From the NCBI RefSeq assembly GCF_014641075.1, contig NZ_BMHP01000001.1, positions 1,820,171-1,852,170 on the forward strand: a stretch of 32,000 bases of DNA. Direction: 5' to 3'. The stretch's first letter is position 1, and the number at the start of each line of letters is the position of its first letter. Shown here in pieces: positions 8,716 to 16,875 of the stretch. The notes below the pieces were generated by a model, which saw only the letters and a program-made list of their open reading frames with translations, was not told the DNA's origin and made no database searches. The translations under genes were made by a program, and so were the position numbers. Source of the DNA: Paenibacillus nasutitermitis. GTDB lineage: Bacteria > Bacillota > Bacilli > Paenibacillales > Paenibacillaceae.

Positions 8716-9375
8716 GTGAACCGACATATAAGAGGCGTTATTTTAGAGGGGTATTCAAACGCTGGAAAAACGTCAGTTTTGAAAGCATTAAAGCTGCTGC
8801 TTGCAGAGGATGAGTCAGCAGAGCGCAGTATTATTGTTCTGAGCGAACATTACTCCCAAGTGTTAAACAATGTTCACGGTAATTTCCAACAGTTAGATCG
8901 CGATGAGCATCTTGTCTTATTACAGGAGCGTGTCGGGATGCTGCGTAAATTAAATGAATGGGCCAATTATTTGGGGCCGGATGCGTCGAGGGGATCAAGA
9001 GGAATATTTTTTATATTGGAAAGATTTCATTTAAATCATAGAGTTGCATTTCCCACTGCATCTTCAAATGATATAAAATCACTCGAAAATGAATTGGTCA
9101 AACTGGGAGCTCAGTGTGTATTATTAACGGTGTCGCCGGAAATTGTTGAGCAGCGAATGCAAAGCCGATCATCTCAGGAATGGACTAACATAACGCGAGA
9201 AGAAATTACGAAAGCAGCAGATGAGTTTATACATACGCAATCAGAATTGTATAAACAGTCTCTTCAATCTGACGTCCCTACTATAGAAATAAATACGGAT
9301 GCTAAAGACTGGGTTTCCTACGCAAACAAAATAATGGCGGTATTAAACGAAACAGAGAAATTCTCAAACTTATGA
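8716..9375 (+). CDS. P-loop NTPase, nucleoside/nucleotide-kinase-like, function unknown
   Basis: Strong RBS GGAAGGAG 7 nt upstream of GTG 8716. Walker A in VILEGYSNAGKTS. The listed ORF start 8479 adds an Arg-rich, non-protein-like 79-aa extension that overlaps the sigma gene. Confidence 0.6.
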   Translation: MNRHIRGVILEGYSNAGKTSVLKALKLLLAEDESAERSIIVLSEHYSQVLNNVHGNFQQLDRDEHLVLLQERVGMLRKLNEWANYLGPDASRGSRGIFFILERFHLNHRVAFPTASSNDIKSLENELVKLGAQCVLLTVSPEIVEQRMQSRSSQEWTNITREEITKAADEFIHTQSELYKQSLQSDVPTIEINTDAKDWVSYANKIMAVLNETEKFSNL

Positions 9376-9392
9376 AAGTGAAATTCATAACC

Positions 9393-9430
9393 AGAACGTG
9401 GGGATCATTGGCCCGCGTTCTTTGCTTTTG
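9393..9430 (+). terminator. Probable rho-independent terminator
   Basis: AGAACGTGGG / CCCGCGTTCT stem (one G-U pair), 9-nt loop, T-rich tail TTGCTTTTGG. Confidence 0.5.
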
Positions 9431-9540
9431 GCAGCAGAGTCAGTAAGCAGCGAAGAAGAATGAATTTCCAAAAAAGTGATCGATTTTACGTGGAATAGAT
9501 TGTATATTCTAATAAGATCAACAAATGATCAGCGACAGGA

Positions 9541-10170
9541 GTGTTAGCCATATATGTCCCCAGCGCTTACCAAATGAAGGATAGAGACACCATTTTGGAC
9601 TTTATCGAAGAGAATAGCTTTGGCACACTTGTATCGAAAACAAACAGATTAACCGCAACACATCTTCCTTTTCTGCTGCAGCGTGAGGGGGGTGAGATCT
9701 ATCTCTACAGCCATATGGCAAAAGCAAACCCGCAATGGAACGAGTTGAACGGGGAGGTGCTCGTGATCTTCTCCGGGCCTCAAAGCTATATCTCTCCTTC
9801 CTGGTATGCGGAAAAAGAAGTGCCGACGTGGAATTATACCGCAGTCCATCTCTATGGCGAATTTCATCTGATAAACGAGAGAGAAGGGCTTCTTGACATC
9901 CTCACCCGGACTGTCGACCGTTATGAAAGCAGCTTTGCTGTTCCCTGGAGTTTAAATGAGGTAAGTGAAGAATATGTCAATCAGCTTGCCAGACATATTG
10001 TTGGCTTCCGGATTGATATCACGCATTACGAGGCTGCATGGAAGCTTCACCAGGATTATTCGGTCCACACTCAAAAGGGCGTCATTAAGGCACTCGAGAA
10101 CCGCCATGATGAAAACTCCCGTAAAATAGCGGGCTTGATGAAACGACACAATAACATATCGGACAATTAA
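9541..10170 (+). CDS. paiB: PaiB-family FMN-binding negative transcriptional regulator
   Basis: N-terminus IYVPSAYQMKDRDTILDFIEENSFGTLVS and the overall length are typical of PaiB. The start codon is unclear because GTG 9541 overlaps the only SD-like AGGAG (9537-9541). Confidence 0.7.
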   Translation: MLAIYVPSAYQMKDRDTILDFIEENSFGTLVSKTNRLTATHLPFLLQREGGEIYLYSHMAKANPQWNELNGEVLVIFSGPQSYISPSWYAEKEVPTWNYTAVHLYGEFHLINEREGLLDILTRTVDRYESSFAVPWSLNEVSEEYVNQLARHIVGFRIDITHYEAAWKLHQDYSVHTQKGVIKALENRHDENSRKIAGLMKRHNNISDN

Positions 10171-10279
10171 TGCCGCGCATACTGAGGAGGAAGAAGGGAA
10201 TTCCGCAGTTTTTTTCTACGACGGCACAATTATCTAACAGGAATTTCCTTTCGTCTGTCAAATACATAAGGGAGAAGAC

Positions 10280-11860
10280 TTGAACAGGAGTGCTCCCCCT
10301 ATGCTTTCTAAAAATCGCCTCGGCGCTGGACCAAAAGTTTATTTCAGACCCGAAATCAAAAACTGTCCGCATTGCGAGAAAAAATTAGTGCGTTCGCACA
10401 ACGCATGGAACAAAAAAATCTCTACCTTGACCGGCGTCATTCACGCATGGAGCATGGCTTATACATGTCCCAACGAAAGCTGCTCATACGCCAGCATTAC
10501 CTATAAATCAGCAGAAGCAGAAGCGCTAAGCATGAAGCATTCTTCGTACGGCTATGACGTCCTCTGTCTCGTTGGCGAGTTGCGCTTCAAGCAACATCGC
10601 ACCTGCAAAGAAATTGCAGACGCGTTGAATGAACGTGGCATCGTAACCAGCGAACGATACGCGCAAACGCTGTACGAACGTTATCAAGCGCTGTTGGCCG
10701 CCAGCCTCGACGATCATGTCAGACAAAGTTTGGCAGAGACCACGGCGCAAAACGGCGGAATCATCCTTTCCATGGACGGCGTCCAACCCGAGAAGGGGAA
10801 CGAGATATTCTATGTCATTCGTGAGGTATTCAGCGGCACGATTCTGGCGGCTCGGAACATGAAGAGCGGAGCGGCAGCCGAACTGCGTACGCTGATCGAT
10901 CCCATTATCGATATGGGGTATCCCATCGTAGGCATTGTAAGCGACGGACAGGTTTCCATCCGGCAGGCATTCGAATCACTCTTGCCTGACGTGCCGTATC
11001 AGTACTGCCAGTACCATTACTTGAAAGATATTGCCAAGCCTGTCGTGGATGCGGATCGAAAGCTCAAAATGGAACTGAAAAAGAGCATGCGCGGCCTGCG
11101 GGATGTGGAACGAAAAATCGAGCAGGCTGAGAAAAAGGCAACGGAAGCTTCACAAGCAAACGCAGATGCGAATCCTGACTCTTCAAGCGCCGCAGCGGAA
11201 ACAACCGTGCTCGCAGAAACGCAGGTGGCGAAGGGATATGTGGCCGCTGTCCGCGCGTTGCTTCTGGAAGATGGTGAACCACCGCTTGATCTACCGGGCA
11301 TGATGGTCTACGAACGTGCCCAAGCCATACAGGCGTCGCTTGCGCGATGCTTGACTAAAAAAAGAGCCTCATCTGCTCCAGAGTCTGGTCAGAATTTTCA
11401 GTAAACTTGGCGATCAGGCCTCGCGCTATGAAGCCGTAGCCCGCTGGACGAAGCCTGTTGCCCATATTGCGGCAGCCTTGGAACCAGACGAAGACAAGAC
11501 CAGCGAAACCGTTGAATGGGAAATGACCCACGTATTGTACTGGCTCAAACAGACCTATACGGAAGAGAACGATTCCGTTATGGTCAACAATGTGACCAAC
11601 TATTCCCGCGGGTTCTGGAAAGGGCTGTTTACCTGTTACGATCATTATTTCATCCCGCGAACGAATAACGATCTGGAACAATTTTTTCGCCGAACTGTCA
11701 TCGCCGAATCACGGGCCTTCGTAACTGGAACAGCTACATCGTTCGAAACGGAGAAATGGTTGTACTTGTGGACGATGCGCTTCGACAAAAACACGTCATC
11801 GCCCGTTTGCGAACTGTGAGCTATGAAACGTGTACGCAGCGTAAGTCTCACTGTTCTTAG
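10280..11860 (+). pseudogene. DDE transposase (family not assignable by eye) with an N-terminal Zn-finger, disrupted by two frameshifts
   Basis: CPHCEKK...CPNESC zinc motif, D-containing blocks LSMDGVQPEKG and IVSDGQVSIRQA, conserved PRTNNDLEQFFRR...RRITG. Protein-like sequence runs in frame 2 (10280-11363), frame 0 (11352-11693) and frame 2 again (11690-11860). The switches fall at the A7 run 11357-11363 and near 11688-11696. Confidence 0.75.
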
Positions 11861-12565
11861 CCAAACTAACAAGCAGACGAGCTACTTTACTGCATAATTT
11901 CATGATGGACTTCATCTTCTTTAGCTTCTTTACCTCAACATTGTAACGGTGCAAAGCCCGGATTTCTGGATTCCTCATGACCATACACATCATCATGAGA
12001 TAGAGAAAATGACGCAGACGCGGCCAACCTCGTTTGCTTAGCACCATCTTTCCTCGCCACTTCTCCGAACTGGCCTCAGCTAGGTTCAAACCGGCATGTC
12101 GCAGCAACGCATTTCCGTGCGAATAGCCACTTAGATCACCGGCATCACCGAGTACACCAGCTAGGCTTGTCGCACTGACGCCTCGTATTTCAAGCAGCTT
12201 CTGCGCGTAGGGAATGCGTTCCAGAATGAGATGGAGCTCGCGTTCAATCTGTTCCAATTGGCGCTGGGCTAGGTCGTATTCTTCAAGCAATTGCCCAAGA
12301 TGAAGCTTGTAAGCATGAAGTGCTTTGGTGGTTCCAACACTCGATTTTGCAAGGAGGTGCTGAGTAGATCCTGAATCCAATTTTCGAATAGTGTGAACCC
12401 TTCACGATGGTTACCAAACTCGAGCGGAGTGCCAAGCGCAATGCCACGAAAGCTGACGGCGCGAGCCACATGGACTTCCTGCGCGATGTCAACACCAACG
12501 ACCAGGTGATGAACGGTAATGTTTTCAATCCGTTGATTTTGCTTGTCCTGTGCTTTAAAATTCAT
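11796..12565 (-). pseudogene. IS110-family transposase, frameshifted and internally deleted
   Basis: The N-terminal DEDD-type start (HHLVVGVDIAQEVHVARAV...GFTLFENWIQ, ORF 12269-12565) and the C-terminal Transposase_20-like part (LLEIRGVSATSLAGVLGDAGDLSGY...SKRGWPRLRHFLY, ORF 11796-12380) lie in different frames. The total of ~256 codons compares with ~340-400 for intact family members, and the central catalytic block is absent. Confidence 0.8.
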
Positions 12566-12790
12566 AGTAGAGCGACCTCCTGATAGCCGGGAGCGGTCTC
12601 TTTTTTAATTATTTGCGGGTTACAGGCTATACGATATAAACCGTATAAGAATGAAGAAGCTGCCGGCAAGATCGGCGGCTTCATTACGTTGCGTGCCCAG
12701 AGGCACGCATTCACTAACCGGTGAGGGAGGGGCCAAGCCTCCGCGTAGCTAGGATACTTACGTATAGAGCCTATCATTACTTTTACCTAT
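11796..12790 (-). mobile_element. IS110-family element remnant (borders approximate) abutting the 3' end of the other transposase gene
   Basis: Transposase remnant plus a ~215-nt structured non-coding region 5' of it. The 3' end overlaps the convergent transposase ORF within 11796-11860. Confidence 0.6.
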
Positions 12791-12881
12791 CTTCACCATA
12801 AAGGATCCGTATTGGCCTTTTCTACTAATTCTCATTACTATGAAGGAACACCGGTGATTTATTTTTGATAGGAGATTTTTT

Positions 12882-13535
12882 ATGAAATGGCTTCAAAGAT
12901 CTGGATCAGGGGTATTATTCGTTGTTGTACTCGCCCTATTTTCTACCTGGCTCGGTTCCTTAATGCCTGTAATAGGCGGTCCAGTATTTGGTATACTCCT
13001 GGACGTTATGATCAACAATACGGTAGGCAAACCGAAGTGTTTTCAAGCGGGCATCCAGTTTAGTTCAAAAAATGTGCTGCATTGGTCCATTATTGCGCTT
13101 GGCTGCGGGCTAAGCTTGACGCAGGTATGGCAGACGGGCTCGGAATCTTTTTCACTGAAGATGGTCAGTTTAGCTGCTTCTTTCCTCGCGGCTTACGGGT
13201 TCGGTCGGCTGCTGAACATCCCGGATAGACTAAAAACATTGATCGGAGCTGGAACAGGCATCTGCGGCGGTTCCGCTATTGCTGCCGTATCGCCGATTAT
13301 CGAGGCCGAAGAAATCGAGATTGCCTACGCGATTTCGACTATATTTTTGTTCAACATTGCGGCGGTTCTTCTGTTCCCCTCGCTCGGCCATTGGTTTAAC
13401 ATGTCCGACGAAGCCTTTGGTTTATTAGCCGGAACTGCGATCAACGATACCTCGTCAGTAGTGGCCGCTGGTTACATTTATAGCAATGACGCCGGAAATT
13501 ACGCTACCATTGTCAAAGATAGCCAATACAGATGA
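12882..13535 (+). pseudogene. YeiH/UPF0324-family (putative sulfate exporter family) membrane protein, 3'-truncated
   Basis: Family-typical blocks LIGAGTGICGGSAIAAVSPII and LAGTAINDTSSVVAAG. The family is ~330-350 aa. Here the family-like sequence stops at ~aa 210 (...NYATIVK) and the frame ends 7 codons later. Confidence 0.65.
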
Positions 13536-13923
13536 AATTGCTCAAGCCGTCCATGCCAACGAGCTCGGAATCGGACTGGTGGAAGGAAATGTCGAATGTC
13601 GGGATATTCTGGTCACTCCCCCGTTTATGGAGGATGAAATGGTTTTGGTCGCACCTCGCAATCATCCGTTAAGCTTGCAAAGGATAATTGAACCGGGAGA
13701 GCTGCAAGACCAGGTTTGGGTATTCAGAGAAAATGGCTTCGTTACACGGGCATTTAGCGATCAATTTATCGGGGAGCTGGGCCTTTGCATCAAACGCTCC
13801 TTTGGCTCTACGTTTCATCGAGGTATCGTGAAATTGTTTATCTTGCATGAGAAACACATCCAAAGCCCGCCACCCGCTGGTTATCATACCAGTGAGTGGC
13901 GGTTTTTTCATTTGCGTGAATGA
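13486..13923 (+). pseudogene. Internal fragment of a LysR-family regulator (substrate-binding domain only)
   Basis: ELGIGLVEG...FMEDEMVLVAPRNHPL...VWVFRENGFVTRAF matches the LysR co-inducer domain. There is no N-terminal HTH. LysR-like sequence is lost after ...KRSFGST (~13815). A terminator hairpin lies inside the nominal ORF. Confidence 0.6.
13867..13908 (+). terminator. Rho-independent terminator-like hairpin
   Basis: 14-nt arms CCGCCACCCGCTGG / CCAGTGAGTGGCGG (2 mismatches), loop TTATCATA, then T6. Confidence 0.55.
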
Positions 13924-14008
13924 TAACTAACTGTAGACACGGGCCAAATCAATTTTATATTATTCGTATATCCGTATATAATGGACGAAAACTCGTAGGA
14001 GGCCAATT

Positions 14009-14191
14009 ATGGATGCAATGTCAGTGAAAGAGGCATCAGAAAAATGGGGTATCTCAGAGCGTCGCGTTCAAAAGCTCTGTGAAGAAGACCGTATCCCCGG
14101 CGTGGTACGCTTTGGGCACTCTTGGGCAATGCCCAAAGATGCGGAAAAGCCACCTGATGGACGATTGAAATTTGAACGAAAAAAATCTTAA
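14009..14191 (+). CDS. Small helix-turn-helix DNA-binding protein (MerR/excisionase-like HTH)
   Basis: RBS GTAGGAGG. SVKEASEKWGISERRVQKLCEEDRIPG is a typical HTH_17/MerR-like motif. TATAAT at 13977-13982 lies upstream. Confidence 0.7.
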   Translation: MDAMSVKEASEKWGISERRVQKLCEEDRIPGVVRFGHSWAMPKDAEKPPDGRLKFERKKS

Positions 14192-14193
14192 AT

Positions 14194-14226
14194 CTACAGT
14201 CAAACTACAGATTACTATGCTATCTT
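14194..14226 (+). promoter_or_regulatory. Candidate vanR-vanS promoter with two phased CTACAG repeats (putative VanR boxes)
   Basis: CTACAG at 14194 and 14205 (11-bp phasing), 7 nt, then TGC-TATCTT (extended -10-like, 14218-14226). The geometry is the same as at 16876-16930. Confidence 0.6.
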
Positions 14227-14244
14227 TTTTCAGGAGGGATATTT

Positions 14245-14910
14245 ATGGGCGTACGAATTCTGCTTGTCGAGGATGACGAGCATATATGTAATACCGTCAA
14301 AACCTTTTTAAGAGAAGCCGGATATAAAGTAGACGCCTGCCTAGATGGTAGCGAAGCGCATAAAAACTTTTATGATAATGTTTACCAACTTGTCATTCTC
14401 GACATCATGCTGCCTGGTATAAGCGGTCACGAGCTTTTACGGGAGTTCCGCAAGATTAACAATACCCCTATTCTGATGATGACCGCGCTTTCCGATGATG
14501 AGAATCAAATCAAGGCGTTTGACGCGGAAGCGGATGATTATGTGACAAAGCCGTTCAAGATTCAGCTTCTGTTGAAACGTGTGGAAGCCCTGCTCCGGCG
14601 AAGCGGCGCGTTGGCAAAGGAAGTCTGCTGCGGCAAGCTGACGCTTTTGCCGGAAGATTTCAAGGTGGTTTATGAAAACAGGGAGTTGCCCTTGACAATC
14701 AAAGAATTTGAAATCCTTATGCTATTGGTTCAGAACAGGGGTAGGATGGTATCTCATGAAATTATCTTATCCCGCATATGGGGCTATGACTTTGATGGTG
14801 ATGGCAGCACAGTGCATACCCACATCAAAAACCTGCGAGCGAAATTACCGGATAATATTATCAAGACTGTTCGTGGCATAGGTTACCGAGTGGAGGAAGA
14901 AATGACATGA
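14245..14910 (+). CDS. vanR: OmpR-family response regulator VanR (VanR-B-like)
   Basis: Receiver domain (LVILDIMLPG, ADDYVTKPF) and winged helix (TVHTHIKNLRAKL...RGIGYR). Long stretches match my recollection of VanR-B (ILLVEDD.HICNTV, TPILMMTALSDDENQI.AFDAEADDYVTKPFK, LLKRVEALLRRSGALAKE). Confidence 0.9.
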   Translation: MGVRILLVEDDEHICNTVKTFLREAGYKVDACLDGSEAHKNFYDNVYQLVILDIMLPGISGHELLREFRKINNTPILMMTALSDDENQIKAFDAEADDYVTKPFKIQLLLKRVEALLRRSGALAKEVCCGKLTLLPEDFKVVYENRELPLTIKEFEILMLLVQNRGRMVSHEIILSRIWGYDFDGDGSTVHTHIKNLRAKLPDNIIKTVRGIGYRVEEEMT

Positions 14911-16247
14911 AAAATAGAGGAATCTTTTTCAAGGTATTCATTTATACAATAATTTTCTCGATACTGTTGGTTGGCGTGACGGCAGCCCTGCTATCTACAC
15001 AGATTATCTCCTATTTCTCACGTGTTCGATTGCAGGAAATCACCAGCACCTATCAGAGTATCGTTATCCAGTCGAAAGGTGAAAATGACATCACAGAAGT
15101 GGCGAGGCAGTTCTACGAAAAGAACCAGTCCTTGCAATTCTACATCAAGGACATGGAAGGACACATTGTTTACGCAACACCCGAAGCTGAAACATCCGGC
15201 ATCGAAAGCGGCGCACCACCTTACAGTAGCACAATAATGTTGCGTATGGATAATGATTATTTACTTTATGTGCTAAAAAGTGACCTTATCGCGATGGACT
15301 ACGATAAGTGGATTGTGCAAGCCCTCGTAGTGTTGTCCGCCATGCTTGCTGTCTGCGTCATAAGCACGTTTGTCTTTGCAAGGCAGATAACAAGACCAAT
15401 CAAAACTCTGGCGGATGCTACGAATAAGATGGCTAATCTCGAAGCAGTCCCACCACTGCCGGAGCGCAGTGATGAACTTGGTGCATTAGCCCGAGATGTT
15501 CATTCTATGTACAGCAAGTTGAAAGAAACCATATCCAAATTAGAGGACGAAATTCTGCGGGAGCGTGAATTGGAGGAAACACAGCGATATTTCTTCTCGG
15601 CGGCTTCCCATGAACTCAAAACGCCTATCGCAGCCACAAGCGTCTTGTTGGAGGGAATGCTTGAAAATGTAGGCGATTACAAAGACCACCCCAAATACCT
15701 GCGCGAATGCGTGAAGATGATGGACGCGCAGAGCAAAATTATTTCTGAAATACTGGAAATTGTTAATCTGAACAAAGGGAAAATCGTACCCGTTCCTGAA
15801 AGGCTGGACATAAGACATATAGTTGCTGACATACTTCCTGACTTTCAGATATTGGCTGAGGCAAACGGTCAGCGTATTGTTACGGACATTCCTGACGGAG
15901 AGGCCTGCCTTGCCGACCATAAAATGCTCCAAAAGGCGCTTTCCAACATCATTTTGAATGCGGTGCAGAACACGCCCAATGGCGGTGAGATTCGGATATG
16001 GAGTGAACCTGTGGCAAATCAATACCGCCTTTGCATACTAAACACAGGGGCAAGGATTGACGATGCCGTGTTGCCGAAGCTGTTTGACCCATTCTACCGT
16101 GTAGATAAGGTGCGGAGCCGGAAAGACAGGCGAAGCGGCTTGGGACTGACTATTGTGAGGAAAATGCTGGAGTCAATAAATGTTGATTTCGCTTTCGAAA
16201 ACGCCCCTGACGGCGTTCTGTTTTGGATGAACTTGCCGAAGGCGTAA
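14907..16247 (+). CDS. vanS: Sensor histidine kinase VanS
   Basis: ATGA overlap with vanR. Two TM segments flank a ~110-aa extracytoplasmic loop. H-box SHELKTPI, N-box ILNAVQNTP, G-box RSGLGLTIV. At 446 aa it is the same size class as VanS-B. Confidence 0.85.
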   Translation: MKNRGIFFKVFIYTIIFSILLVGVTAALLSTQIISYFSRVRLQEITSTYQSIVIQSKGENDITEVARQFYEKNQSLQFYIKDMEGHIVYATPEAETSGIESGAPPYSSTIMLRMDNDYLLYVLKSDLIAMDYDKWIVQALVVLSAMLAVCVISTFVFARQITRPIKTLADATNKMANLEAVPPLPERSDELGALARDVHSMYSKLKETISKLEDEILRERELEETQRYFFSAASHELKTPIAATSVLLEGMLENVGDYKDHPKYLRECVKMMDAQSKIISEILEIVNLNKGKIVPVPERLDIRHIVADILPDFQILAEANGQRIVTDIPDGEACLADHKMLQKALSNIILNAVQNTPNGGEIRIWSEPVANQYRLCILNTGARIDDAVLPKLFDPFYRVDKVRSRKDRRSGLGLTIVRKMLESINVDFAFENAPDGVLFWMNLPKA

Positions 16248-16272
16248 AAGCGACTATACGAGGAGATAAATA

Positions 16273-16806
16273 ATGAAACCAGAAAAGCGAAACACACTTA
16301 CAATCGCGTTGTTCGTAGTATATATACTGCTGCAAGTAGGAATTATCCTCTTTAAACTGCCGTTTTATTCCGAAAAATTATCAGACGGAATACGAGTAAT
16401 TAACCTGATTCCATTTCAGGAGTCTTTCGATGAAAACGGAGTTTTAATCTTGCGTGAAATTATTGATAATATACTTCTTTTTATACCGCTCGGCATCTAT
16501 ATCTGTATGCTAAAAAACGAATGGCCTTTCATGAAAAAAGTCCTTCCAATTTTCAGCTTAACTTTAGTGTTTGAAGTCATACAATTCATTTTTGCGATTG
16601 GAAGAAGTGATATTACTGATGTACTCGGCAACACGCTTGGAGGGGTAATCGGCATTGGCATTTATGCTTTATTGTTCAGAATTTTCAAAAACAGGACTTT
16701 TAGGATTATAAATATACTTGCCTTGGTAGTAACAATTTGCGTAGTAGCGCGTTTCGCCCATCTGTTTTACCTCAGCCATTTTGTCATGAAGCGTCTGCAT
16801 CCCTGA
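16273..16806 (+). CDS. vanZ: VanZ-family membrane protein
   Basis: 177 aa with 4-5 TM segments. VanZ-like blocks NLIPF, NILLFIPLGIY, EVIQFIF..GRSDITDVLGNTLGGVIG. It starts 25 nt after the vanS stop with RBS GAGGAG. Confidence 0.8.
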   Translation: MKPEKRNTLTIALFVVYILLQVGIILFKLPFYSEKLSDGIRVINLIPFQESFDENGVLILREIIDNILLFIPLGIYICMLKNEWPFMKKVLPIFSLTLVFEVIQFIFAIGRSDITDVLGNTLGGVIGIGIYALLFRIFKNRTFRIINILALVVTICVVARFAHLFYLSHFVMKRLHP

Positions 16807-16832
16807 TGTTAGCGACCATACCTTTTCACTTT

Positions 16833-16864
16833 GACCGACAGGGTTATTCCTGCCGGTCTTTTTT
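16833..16864 (+). terminator. Rho-independent terminator after the vanZ-like gene
   Basis: GACCGACAGG / CCTGCCGGTC 10-bp stem (1 mismatch), loop GTTATT, T6. Confidence 0.7.
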
Positions 16865-16875
16865 ATTTCTCTCCG

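Noticed and set aside
10213-12829. An 8-bp direct repeat TTTTCTAC at ~10213 and ~12822 as a possible target-site duplication flanking the two IS remnants
   Set aside because: The sequences just inside the repeats show no inverted-repeat relationship, and IS110-family elements typically make no TSD. An 8-mer match in AT-rich spacers is compatible with chance.
13931-13936. CTGTAG (reverse complement of the CTACAG VanR-box core) upstream of the HTH gene
   Set aside because: It is a single hexamer with no phased partner, as expected by chance.
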